From Nitrosopumilus sp. (GTDB taxonomy: Archaea; Thermoproteota; Nitrososphaeria; Nitrososphaerales; Nitrosopumilaceae), in NCBI GenBank assembly GCA_965238275.1, contig OZ250186.1, forward strand, positions 672,001-736,000: DNA of 64,000 bases. The letters run 5' to 3'. The position numbers and the translations under genes are program-made. Position 1 is the stretch's first letter; each line of letters begins with the position of its first letter. This document shows positions 41,117 through 50,463 of this stretch, in pieces. The notes below the pieces were generated by a model that had not been told where the DNA came from, ran no database searches, and saw only the letters and a program-made list of their open reading frames with translations.

Positions 41117-41316
41117 AGCTCTGGTAAATTCTAGTGATCTGATCACCAAAATTTACCACCAAGGTGCTAGGATGACTTATCTCACTTTTGAACAGGCCCG
41201 TAGAAGGTACCACACTTTTGAACACCGTGATGAAACATGGTAAGATTGAATCTGGAGAAGATCCAAAAACACACTTTTGAAGTGAACGGCAGAGATCACC
41301 AGAATTTAACAGAGCC
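41117..41316. mobile_element. 200-bp MITE, copy 2 (direct repeat of 38371-38570)
   Basis: 196/200 identical to copy 1. Confidence 0.88.
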
Positions 41317-41546
41317 AGAAGATCCAGAAAGCTCACTTTAGAACAGTAAATCCCTCAGATCACCATATTTGAACAGAACCGTAATTTTCAGTCACGAGCC
41401 GCATCATGTACCCCACACGGCATGCATCCGGGTGCTGCATGGACGGTCAATGCCTTCCGTGCAACGGTCCTGCGGTGCCGCCGTCTGAATGCGCTTCTGA
41501 CATGAATACCTGCACCGTTTAAATCATCAGACATACTTTCCAGAAC

Positions 41547-41765
41547 GTGCCTGACATGCCCGACAGAAGCCTTCTCAAAAAGGGCTCGCTTGTTGCAATA
41601 GAGACAAAGAGGAATCAGAAGACAGGAAACCTGACGTATGGTGCGATAGAATCCATTCTGACTTCAAGCCGATTCCACCCGCACGGGATAAAAGTCAGAC
41701 TGCAGGACGGGCAGGTCGGACGCGTCAAGCAGATGATTGGTTCCATGCCTGGGGATCCGGACTGA
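41547..41765 (+). CDS. YwbE family protein
   Basis: Q.TG.LT.G....ILTSS.FHPHGIKVRL.DGQVGRV. Confidence 0.9.
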   Translation: MPDMPDRSLLKKGSLVAIETKRNQKTGNLTYGAIESILTSSRFHPHGIKVRLQDGQVGRVKQMIGSMPGDPD

Positions 41766-41937
41766 TCAGGTTCCCTGGATGTCATCAGATGGCCGGCCTC
41801 TGAACCACCATTACTGCATTTCTGGCGTTCTTTGTTACCAGCACGGCCATAATGCATGCCACACCAATGGAATCTTCGCCTTCCGGACTCGCCGTGACAG
41901 AAACCCTAAATTTTCTGCATGTGTTCTGATAGTTGAA

Positions 41938-42597
41938 TTGATTCCCACCGGCCTCCAAAAAATTGACAGGTTTCTGTCCGGTGGAATCCCGGACGGTGTA
42001 ATTACCGATATCTTTGGGGAGAACGGGACAGGCAAGACACAGATGCTGCTCCAGCTTGCAGCCGGCTCGATCATGGACGGGGGGCGCGTTCTATACCTGG
42101 ATACAACAGGCGGATTCAGACCCGAGCGCATCTTAAACATCCGGAATATTCGGGACTCGGTTCCGGATGTTCTTGACAGGATTACCGTGTCCCGCATAAT
42201 CAACACATCCGAGCAGGTAAGGGCGGTTCAAAACCTAAGGGGCGGTACATTCTCGCTGATCGTAATTGACAACATTACTGATCTCTTCTCCTACGAGTAC
42301 AAGGAGAAGGTACATGAGAAGAACATCCTGTTCATGAGGCACATGCATGAACTGTCCCGGTTTTCCACAGAATCCAGAATCCCGGTGGTTGTTACAAACA
42401 TGATCAGAATGTTTCAGGATCGCGAGGTTGAAAACATGAAGGCCGCCATTGATCCATTCACGCACATCAAGATTCATCTGAGCAGGAGGAGGAGGGCCCA
42501 ATCGGGTTTCCGGGGAAGGATCTGGTGGGCCATGGCAGGCATGGACTTCTCCTACATGATTCACGCATCAGGCATATCCGAGGACGGTTCTGTATGA
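41938..42597 (+). CDS. RadB/Rad51-like RecA-superfamily ATPase
   Basis: IPTG...ID..L.GG, GENGTGKT, YLDT.GGFRPERI, IVID; TTG start at 41938 inferred. Confidence 0.85.
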   Translation: MIPTGLQKIDRFLSGGIPDGVITDIFGENGTGKTQMLLQLAAGSIMDGGRVLYLDTTGGFRPERILNIRNIRDSVPDVLDRITVSRIINTSEQVRAVQNLRGGTFSLIVIDNITDLFSYEYKEKVHEKNILFMRHMHELSRFSTESRIPVVVTNMIRMFQDREVENMKAAIDPFTHIKIHLSRRRRAQSGFRGRIWWAMAGMDFSYMIHASGISEDGSV

Positions 42598-42669
42598 CGC
42601 GGCAGAACCAAACGATTGCCCAAAAGGCATTCTCGCTAGATATTTAACAGTTGGAGTCATAGCCTATGA

Positions 42670-42789
42670 ATGGCAGGAATATTTGACTCAATCCCAATAA
42701 TCACCGTAGCCATGTTTATCATCGGCTTGGTTGGCGTAGTTGCTTATGAAAGAACACGATCAAACACGGCAGACAAACCAGACTCTTAG
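42670..42789 (+). CDS. Putative 39-aa single-TM small protein
   Basis: MAGIFDSIPIITVAMFIIGLVGVVAYERTRSNTADKPDS; ATATTTAA box about 25 bp upstream. Confidence 0.5.
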   Translation: MAGIFDSIPIITVAMFIIGLVGVVAYERTRSNTADKPDS

Positions 42790-45481
42790 ATCCCTGTTTG
42801 AAAAATTCGGTTTTTCCAACCTGACTGAGATTCAGAAAAAGGCATCTCCGACAGTCCTGCAGAAGCGGGACTGTCTGATCATTGCCCCGACAGGCTCGGG
42901 CAAGACCGAGTGCTCTGCAATCCCAATCTTCTCCCTTCTCAGGGGCTGCCGGGCAGACGGACGAATCAAGGCACTCTACATAACCCCACTCCGCGCGCTG
43001 AATCGCGACGTATTCCGAAGAATCACAAGATATGCCAACGAATCGGGCCTGTCCATAGCGATCAGGCACGGCGACACCTCCCGGGGGGACAGGAAGCGAA
43101 TCACCGAGAACCCGCCTGACATCCTCATCACAACACCTGAGACACTGGTCATTCTTCTGACACAGCCAAAGGTGCTTGACGCACTATCCGAACTGGAATG
43201 GGTCATAGTCGACGAGGTTCACGAGCTGCTTGCAAGCGAGAGGGGCGCCCAGCTCTCGCTGAGTATCGAGCGGCTGGAATTCAATTCCCGGTACTCCCTT
43301 ACAAGGGTGGGGCTGTCTGCCACAGTGGGCAACCCCATGCATGCTGCAAAGTTTCTGGTAGGCACCAAGCGAAAGTGCCGGATAGTAAGGGACACGTCGG
43401 TGAGGCGGTACGATGTGGATATAAGATATGTGGAAGGCACCATCACTGACGTCGCAGAGGAGATCATACGGTACATCCAGAAGATGGAACTTGACTCGCC
43501 GATACTCCTCTTTACCAACACGCGGGGCGAGGCGGAATTTCTGGCCTCAATTCTCAAGGAGAAATCCTCGATGAGGATAGATCTGCACCACGGTTCCCTG
43601 TCCCGGGAGGTCCGGGAGGACACTGAGGAGTCCCTTCGCCAGGGAGGGCACCACATCGTGGTGTGTACCTCGTCACTGGAACTGGGACTGGATATAGGCT
43701 CAGTCGAACTGGTAGTCCATTACGGCTCCCCAAGACAGGTATCAAAGTTTGTCCAGCGGATAGGGCGCAGCAGACACAACAGGGCAGAGTCGGCCCAGGG
43801 CCTGATAATTACAAACAATCCCGACGACGAGTTTGAGGCAAGAGCCATACTTGAGCGCATACAGGAGGGTTCGATCGAGGAACAGAAGATTCATTCAGAC
43901 TCCCTTGACGTCCTGGCACACCATCTGGTCGGGCTTGCCATGCAGCTTGGCGAGGTCACTGTGGAACAAGCATACACGCTGGTCACAAAGGCCTACCCGT
44001 TCCGGAACCTGCATCTGAGTGATCTGGGAGGCGTGCTTGATCTGCTTGACTCCAACTTCATCCTTCTCTTTGACCGGAACCGTATGTCCTTTAGGAAGAA
44101 GGGTGGCTCCTTCCGGTACTACTTTGAGAATCTCTCGACCATCCCGGATATCCTAAAGTTCAAGGTCTTTGACAGCGTGGGCAAGAGAATCATAGGCTCG
44201 CTGGACCAGAGGTTTGTAGGCGACTTTGGAGACACGGGCAACATCTTTGTGCTCAAGGGGTCGCAGTGGAAGATACTCAACGTGGATGAAAAGTCGTTTT
44301 CCGTCAACGTCGAACCGTTTCGGGGCGGCGGGATCACCGTCCCATACTGGGAGGGAGAGAACATTCCAATAGACTACAGGACGGCAGAAAAGGTGGCAGG
44401 ATTCCGCACCCGGGTCAGGCATGGCTCCGCCAAGCTCTCAAGCAGAGTGATCCGGGATCTGGACTTTGAGATGCCTGAAGGCAACCACCTTACAGTAGAA
44501 TCAAACAGGATCCAGGGATCCATAGTGATTCACTCCTGCCTTGGAACAAGGATCAACTCGACCCTGTCTACGCTCCTCTCCTCCATGCTCTCTGCAGTGC
44601 TGGGATCCACAGTCGACTCCCGCTCAGACGGCTACAGGATAGCCCTGTCGTCCCGATCCAGAATATCCCGGGATGTGTTCCTTGGAGTCCTGAATGACGA
44701 CTATGACCTCTACTCCGTGGTGGGGGCGTCCCTGACTGGAACGCACAACGTCAACTGGAGGACATGGTGCGTTGCCAAAAAATTCGGAATAGTGGGGCGC
44801 GGAGCCATCTATGAACGCAAGTCTGCCAGATTCCTCTACGAGCGGTACTCCAAGACCGTGCTTGTCGACGAGGCGCTCCGCGAACTGTTCCATGACAAGT
44901 ACGACTTGGACGGAACAGAAGAGATCCTCAAGGGGATCCGCCGGGGGGAGACTCGGGTGGAGTGGCTTGAAGTCGACAAATTCTCCAAGCTGGCAGAGCC
45001 CATTCTGGACCACACCTCAAAGTACTATGCCTCACCTGCAAGCCTTGACAAGGGAATCATTGATCTTGTCAAGGCAAGGCTGAACAAGACAAGGCACCGA
45101 CTGCTCTGCGCGCGGTGCGGAAGATGGGAGAAGGTCGTCGAGACCCATCAGGTGAGCGGCCCCTTGGCATGCCCATACTGCAAGTGCAGGCAGATCACCA
45201 CCACGTTCTACTCTGACTATGACCTGCAAAAGATCATCCAAAAGAAGCACGGAGGAAAAAGCCTGTCTGCGCAAGAACAGCACAAGTTTGAGCGCGCCTG
45301 GAAGGTCTCCTCGCTGGTGGAGAATTTTGGCAAGACTGCAATCGTTGTAATGTCCGGGTACGGGGTGGGTGCAGACACTGCGGCCAGGATTCTGAGGAAC
45401 ATGGTGGATGAGGAGTACCTCTTCAAACAGATCTACGAGGCAGAAAGGCAGTATGTCGTGACCCGGGGATTCTGGGACTAG
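42740..45481 (+). CDS. lhr: Lhr-like SF2 helicase with C-terminal zinc ribbon
   Basis: APTGSGKT, PLRALNRD, DEVH, SAT, HHGSLS, LELGLD, QRIGRSRH. Confidence 0.92.
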   Translation: MLMKEHDQTRQTNQTLRSLFEKFGFSNLTEIQKKASPTVLQKRDCLIIAPTGSGKTECSAIPIFSLLRGCRADGRIKALYITPLRALNRDVFRRITRYANESGLSIAIRHGDTSRGDRKRITENPPDILITTPETLVILLTQPKVLDALSELEWVIVDEVHELLASERGAQLSLSIERLEFNSRYSLTRVGLSATVGNPMHAAKFLVGTKRKCRIVRDTSVRRYDVDIRYVEGTITDVAEEIIRYIQKMELDSPILLFTNTRGEAEFLASILKEKSSMRIDLHHGSLSREVREDTEESLRQGGHHIVVCTSSLELGLDIGSVELVVHYGSPRQVSKFVQRIGRSRHNRAESAQGLIITNNPDDEFEARAILERIQEGSIEEQKIHSDSLDVLAHHLVGLAMQLGEVTVEQAYTLVTKAYPFRNLHLSDLGGVLDLLDSNFILLFDRNRMSFRKKGGSFRYYFENLSTIPDILKFKVFDSVGKRIIGSLDQRFVGDFGDTGNIFVLKGSQWKILNVDEKSFSVNVEPFRGGGITVPYWEGENIPIDYRTAEKVAGFRTRVRHGSAKLSSRVIRDLDFEMPEGNHLTVESNRIQGSIVIHSCLGTRINSTLSTLLSSMLSAVLGSTVDSRSDGYRIALSSRSRISRDVFLGVLNDDYDLYSVVGASLTGTHNVNWRTWCVAKKFGIVGRGAIYERKSARFLYERYSKTVLVDEALRELFHDKYDLDGTEEILKGIRRGETRVEWLEVDKFSKLAEPILDHTSKYYASPASLDKGIIDLVKARLNKTRHRLLCARCGRWEKVVETHQVSGPLACPYCKCRQITTTFYSDYDLQKIIQKKHGGKSLSAQEQHKFERAWKVSSLVENFGKTAIVVMSGYGVGADTAARILRNMVDEEYLFKQIYEAERQYVVTRGFWD

Positions 45482-46899
45482 TCTTCCTGAAATTTGTCCT
45501 TGGGCTGGTTCTTCTTCCTTATTTGGGAAAACGCAGTCAGGGACAGCTCGACACCGCCCTCAAATCCCGCCCTTGCGTTGACTCCGGTGATATGTATGAT
45601 GTCCCCAAGCTGGCATCCGTCAAGAAGTGCTGCCTGATCCCTCCATCCCTTCACTGAGATGGGACCGGTATCATCCTCCACATACATCTCCGAGAGTGCG
45701 ACCAGATCTCCGGACTTTGTCTGGACCTCGCGCCTCTCGCCGGCCTTTAGGACTATGGCCTCGATACAGTAGATCCTGTCCGGCTTTATCTGGTTTATCT
45801 TTGTCCTGACTTCTGACAGCGACGGGATGGTGCCGTCATCATCCATCTTTCTTACAAACGAGTTCCCGTCAAGCGTTACAGAGCTGCCATACACCTTTGA
45901 GGGCATGAACTCCACCACATCACCCTCGACACACGCGCCTGTCATGCTTGCAGAATCCGTTATGCTGTATATCGCCCTGCCCGAACCCGTCCCGAGTATC
46001 AGGCTTCTGCCTCCGTCGGTCCTGATTATGGACAGGATTCTTACAACAACGGGCTTTATGTCCCCGCCCTTGATCTCAATTACGGTCGCATCATCGCCAT
46101 GGATCTCCATTCCCTGATTTCCATTCTTGATCCTTATTCCGAGCAGCCTTGCCTCAGAAGACTCCTCGATCATGTCTGGAATGCTGGATTCGTCCTTTCC
46201 CCAGAGGACTACCGGCATTGCAGCTCCGCTCTTTCCCCTGAGCCTCATCTTGAGTGCCTTGCCTGGCTGGCCCCTAGAGTTGGTAAACTCCATGCCAAAC
46301 ACCCTTCCTTCAATGACTCCCCTTACCACCACATCCTTCTGTCCCTCCTGCAGTTCGTCTACATCCTTTGTAATGGAGTCTATGGACGGAATCGTGCTTT
46401 GTGCGTCTGCCGGCTCAATACTGGAGCCAGACCCTACATTGATTGTAGGGGCGCCTGTCATATCCGATTTTACGTATGCCTTTATTATCCTGACCAAATC
46501 CCCTGGTCTGAGATCCTCGATTCCTGGAAGCATTGCCTTTTCATCCCACATCTTTACGCTTGCCGTTGTGTCTGCATCATACACTGTCATGGTTCTGAGG
46601 TGGAACGGCGAGCCGTCCTTTCTTGAAAACTGTTTTGCAGGCGAGATGTTCAGAACCTTTGCCTCAAGCGTGATCTCCTTTGCACCTGCATACAGGTCCT
46701 TCAACTCCATCTCTATCTTTTGCGGCGTTGCAAGATCCAGTCCCATCTCAGAGGCAATCAGGAACAGTGCCCCGCTGTCAGTCAGGTATCCTGCACCAAT
46801 CTTGTCCTTCTTTATCCTTATCCTGTCCATGATGTCATCTGATGTCAGTTCAGGTTTGAGCTCAAGCAACTTGCTGAGAAGATCATCATACTCTGTCAA
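45478..46899 (-). CDS. Replication protein A / multi-OB-fold ssDNA-binding protein
   Basis: Several OB folds (F.RKDG..., D.T..V..W, EDDTG.I..KGW); TTG start at 46899 inferred. Confidence 0.85.
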   Translation of the reverse strand: MTEYDDLLSKLLELKPELTSDDIMDRIRIKKDKIGAGYLTDSGALFLIASEMGLDLATPQKIEMELKDLYAGAKEITLEAKVLNISPAKQFSRKDGSPFHLRTMTVYDADTTASVKMWDEKAMLPGIEDLRPGDLVRIIKAYVKSDMTGAPTINVGSGSSIEPADAQSTIPSIDSITKDVDELQEGQKDVVVRGVIEGRVFGMEFTNSRGQPGKALKMRLRGKSGAAMPVVLWGKDESSIPDMIEESSEARLLGIRIKNGNQGMEIHGDDATVIEIKGGDIKPVVVRILSIIRTDGGRSLILGTGSGRAIYSITDSASMTGACVEGDVVEFMPSKVYGSSVTLDGNSFVRKMDDDGTIPSLSEVRTKINQIKPDRIYCIEAIVLKAGERREVQTKSGDLVALSEMYVEDDTGPISVKGWRDQAALLDGCQLGDIIHITGVNARAGFEGGVELSLTAFSQIRKKNQPKDKFQED

Positions 46900-47104
46900 G
46901 CCATTACGTGGTAACCCCGTTCCATTAATAAGAATTTCATTATGGCCGGTTCGGGTATGGATATGGGAATCTGCAGGTGCACATGCGGTAGACGCAACCT
47001 GTGCTGCAGGACGGTCGTATCCTGCACCATCATATCCCAAGGCACGCACAGCCTGCCGTGGCTGCAAGAATTGACTAAATAAGCGGCGGCATGATGATCC
47101 CTGC

Positions 47105-48043
47105 ATGATGTCCATTGACGTAAGACACCTCTCAAAGTCGTACGGCTCAGTCAGGGCAGTGGACGACATTACACTTTCAGTCAGACAGGGCCAGGTGTTT
47201 GGATTTCTGGGACCCAACGGGGCAGGAAAGTCAACCTCCATCAAGCTTCTCACCACCCTCATTCCCCCCTCAAGCGGTTCGCTTTCCATACTGGGCGTGG
47301 ATGCAATAAGGGATCCCCTCAGGGTGCGTCACAGGATAGGAGTTGTGCTGCAACAGCCAAGCTACGAGTCGACGCTCTCAGTTGAGAAGGCACTTGACAA
47401 GTACGGGATGATGTGGAACGTACCCAAGAGAGAGCGCCGGATCAGGACAGAACAACTGTTGAAGGATTTTGATCTTGTAGAAATCAGAAAGAAGCGAAAC
47501 GAGGATCTCTCCATAGGACAGCGGAGAAGGGTCCAGGTGGCCCGCGAGTTCATGCACGACATGGATCTTCTGTTTCTGGACGAGCCTACTGCCGGACTGG
47601 ATCCCGGTGCCAGGCGGAACCTGTTGGACTACCTAAAGAACAAGGTGCGTGACGGGCTGACAATATTCTACACCACACACATACTGACTGAGGCCGAGTA
47701 TCTCTGTGATGAGATTGCAATAATCGATCATGGGAGGATACTTACTGTTGACACTCCTGATGCGCTAAAGAACAGATTTGGCAAGGAGAAGACCATCAAG
47801 ATCCATCTCTTAAAGAGGATGCCAGAGGTATCCCCGCTGCTCTCCAAAATACCGGACTGCAGGATTAGTCTTGAGAGCGGGACTGACATCATAATATATT
47901 CAAGACAGTCGGAGCTGGTGCTGCAGCAGGTATTGAAGATACTCAGCGACAACCATATCACAGTAGATGATCTCTCGGCGGTTCCGACAAACCTTGAGGA
48001 GATATTTCTAAAGATGGTGGGGAAGAATGCACCCGATAATTAG
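47105..48043 (+). CDS. ABC-2 exporter ATP-binding subunit
   Basis: GPNGAGKS, LSIGQ, LFLDEPT, TTH. Confidence 0.95.
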   Translation: MMSIDVRHLSKSYGSVRAVDDITLSVRQGQVFGFLGPNGAGKSTSIKLLTTLIPPSSGSLSILGVDAIRDPLRVRHRIGVVLQQPSYESTLSVEKALDKYGMMWNVPKRERRIRTEQLLKDFDLVEIRKKRNEDLSIGQRRRVQVAREFMHDMDLLFLDEPTAGLDPGARRNLLDYLKNKVRDGLTIFYTTHILTEAEYLCDEIAIIDHGRILTVDTPDALKNRFGKEKTIKIHLLKRMPEVSPLLSKIPDCRISLESGTDIIIYSRQSELVLQQVLKILSDNHITVDDLSAVPTNLEEIFLKMVGKNAPDN

Positions 48044-48788
48044 GCTTGTCAACCGGAACCTCACAGTATCCCTCAATCCGGGGTTCTTGATATGGCAGGT
48101 CATATTCCCGTTGATCTACATCTTTGTTGCAGGATTTGCCTATGCCCAGCTAATCCCCGAGGTCCAGTACGGCTCAAAGAGTCTGAGCTATCCGGCGTTT
48201 CTGGCATCAGGAATGATCGGGTTCAACATCATGAATAGCACGCTCATATCAGGCATACTCATCTGGAACGACAGACGGGACGGGATGTTTGAGCAGATAA
48301 TGTCCGGACCGTTCACCAGAAACCACTACATACTTGGCAACATATGCACGATAGGCATAATCGGCCTGATTAGCGCAGCCATGATAGCCCTGGTCGGGTT
48401 CCCCGTATTCGTCGGATCCATAGAGTTCTCACTGATTACCATCCCGCTGATAGTGTTTGGTGCGGTTGCAGGCTCCGTACTGTTTGGATCGCTGGCATCG
48501 ATAATCTCTACAAGAATGCGCTCAAGCGAGGGATTTAACGTGATAATCAACACCGTCTTTCTGTTCTTTGCGTTTGTCAGCACGGCATTTTATCCTGCAG
48601 AGGGGGTACCCGAGCCGCTGCGTACGGCATTCTACCTGAACCCACTGACCTATCTTGTAGACGTGATCAGGGCCGGAATCTTTGGAACCGTTACCGAGTT
48701 TGTCATTGTTGAGATTGCAGTTCTTGCTGGTCTGGCATCTGCGCTGTTCATAGTTGCATCCAGACTCCTCACAAGACTGGACTTTTAA
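48027..48788 (+). CDS. ABC-2 exporter permease
   Basis: 6 TM segments, STAFYP, NPLTY. Confidence 0.93.
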   Translation: MHPIIRLVNRNLTVSLNPGFLIWQVIFPLIYIFVAGFAYAQLIPEVQYGSKSLSYPAFLASGMIGFNIMNSTLISGILIWNDRRDGMFEQIMSGPFTRNHYILGNICTIGIIGLISAAMIALVGFPVFVGSIEFSLITIPLIVFGAVAGSVLFGSLASIISTRMRSSEGFNVIINTVFLFFAFVSTAFYPAEGVPEPLRTAFYLNPLTYLVDVIRAGIFGTVTEFVIVEIAVLAGLASALFIVASRLLTRLDF

Positions 48789-48874
48789 TATCCTGCCGGC
48801 CTCCGGTACAGCCAGTTTACGCATCAGGTACTGTCATGATGTCCATGGATGCCAGACCATGTTTTGGAGCAGTG

Positions 48875-48916
48875 CACCACCACCACCACCACCACCACCA
48901 CCACCACCACCACCAC
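48875..48916. repeat. (CAC)14 microsatellite
   Basis: Fourteen perfect trinucleotide units, intergenic. Confidence 0.95.
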
Positions 48917-48985
48917 CCCGGCATGTCGGTTTCAAGTCATCAAGCTTGAAGTTTTTGGATGCAAGGTACTGCAGCCTCGGGTGTA

Positions 48986-49058
48986 TAGCCCGGCCCAGAT
49001 TCGAACTGGGGTCGAGGGCTCCAAAGGCCCCCATGCTTGACCACTACACTACCGGGCT
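48986..49058 (-). tRNA. tRNA-Gln(TTG)
   Basis: rc AGCCCGG...GGGGC-CTTTGGA-GCCCT...GTTCGAATC...CCGGGCTA. Confidence 0.95.
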
Positions 49059-49292
49059 GCAAGATCGAGCACGTCTGTTCCCTTAATGAACTTTCTATGT
49101 GGTGTATCATCCAGAAAGTAGCACATCCCATGCTGGAAACGCGCAGGATCCTGGATTCATTCCTTAATTGCCTGCCTGTACGTCCAAAGAACCGCGTATG
49201 CCAGGGGGCAGAAGTGCAGGCCTGCGTACTCGAATCCTGCAGTATACGAGTACGGTCAATAAGTTTTTTTGTTCTGCCATGTCTGTACTTGC

Positions 49293-50432
49293 ATGGGGAC
49301 AGTCAAAGTAGTGGTGTATGGTCTCAGTACGGAAGGATATGCTATTGCATGCCAGATGGCGATCAGGGGCGCAAATGTCTGCATAATAGACGAGTCCACC
49401 ACCTCTGCAATCCAGATCTCAGCAGAGATTGCAAGAACCTATCCTGATGTATCCTCCTTCAAGGAGGACGAACCCATTCTGCCGATGGAACCTATCAATA
49501 CGGCCATCTCACATGCACAATACCTCTTCTTTACCCCACTGATCCGGCAGACTGGGCAGGACATCAGAATCGAGATCAGTTCCAAGTTCAAGGACGCAAC
49601 CGCCCCGCTGAAGAAGAACAGCTCGGTAGTATTTTCACTCCCAGCCAGACTTGGTGGCAACAGCGAAACCATCACACTGCTTGAGCATGTGACGGGCTTT
49701 GAGGTGGGAAAGAGCATCTCATACTTTTATTATCCACTGAACGACCAGAGCAGGCAGCCCAGATTTATTGGATCCTTCAACGGAAAGAATGACGAGGTTC
49801 TGTCCGGCCTGCTTGCAAGCGGCAAAAAGGAGAAGAAGTTTGTCACAATCACATCCTCTGAGAACTTTCATGCAATCGACGTCCTGACAGGATTCTCGAA
49901 TCTCTGCAGTATTCTGGAGACTTGCAGACACGTACCTGACGAGACTACGAGGAATAACATGGCATCTGACGGTTTTGAGGATATGTTTCTAGACGGGATG
50001 GTCAGCGGCCTGTTTGATCTCAAGATACTGACCTCGTCCCTTGAGAGGACAAACACGCTGATGTATCTGATTAACGGAGGAGTCAAGGGCATTGATGGCT
50101 ACATCAAGCGACTGACTGATGAGATTCGTGCCATACTAAAGAAGAACGAGATCAAGGCAAGCCGGACCAAGGTGGTGCTGTGCTGGGCACTTGACCGGTA
50201 TGCAATGCGCGGAGACAAGATTGAGATACGTCACACGCTGGCATCCCGACTCAGGGACTATATAGGCGATGTTGAAATGCGTGGAGAACATGACTTTGAC
50301 ATGTACCACACAGACAAGACTACCATCTTTGTAGTGTGCACCAAGTCTGATCTTGAAAACACCCGCAAGATCGGAGGGGACTCGGCCCTGATGATTGTAA
50401 AGGCCAATCCGATGTGCGATGTAATTCAATAA
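49293..50432 (+). CDS. Hypothetical protein resembling a degenerate nucleotide-sugar dehydrogenase
   Basis: Rossmann-like start KVVVYGLSTEGYAIA; domain spacing like UDP-sugar dehydrogenases, catalytic motif not evident. Confidence 0.6.
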   Translation: MGTVKVVVYGLSTEGYAIACQMAIRGANVCIIDESTTSAIQISAEIARTYPDVSSFKEDEPILPMEPINTAISHAQYLFFTPLIRQTGQDIRIEISSKFKDATAPLKKNSSVVFSLPARLGGNSETITLLEHVTGFEVGKSISYFYYPLNDQSRQPRFIGSFNGKNDEVLSGLLASGKKEKKFVTITSSENFHAIDVLTGFSNLCSILETCRHVPDETTRNNMASDGFEDMFLDGMVSGLFDLKILTSSLERTNTLMYLINGGVKGIDGYIKRLTDEIRAILKKNEIKASRTKVVLCWALDRYAMRGDKIEIRHTLASRLRDYIGDVEMRGEHDFDMYHTDKTTIFVVCTKSDLENTRKIGGDSALMIVKANPMCDVIQ

Positions 50433-50463
50433 GCGTATAAATTAGATTGGCTGGCATTCTGAC

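Larger units (their letters stand above)
36592..41380. mobile_element. 4.8-kb non-autonomous composite cargo transposon
   Basis: TIRs GGCTCTGTTCAATTATGGTGATCTG and (rc) GGTTCTGTTCAAATATGGTGATCTG (23/25); exact 8-bp TSD GTAATTTT at 36584-36591 and 41381-41388; no DDE transposase inside. Confidence 0.9.

Noticed and set aside
36592-41380. Casposon or integron interpretation of the TIR-bounded region
   Set aside because: No Cas1/PolB or integron integrase gene; the palindromes lack attC-type RYYYAAC/GTTRRRY ends; TIRs plus an 8-bp TSD fit DDE chemistry.
46900-47289. N-terminal extension of the RPA ORF (603 aa)
   Set aside because: Overlaps the ABC ATPase gene antisense and the divergent promoter gap; the plausible start is TTG 46899.
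48754-49086. Poly-Pro, poly-Gly or poly-Thr ORFs
   Set aside because: Products of the (CAC)14 tract; they overlap tRNA-Gln.
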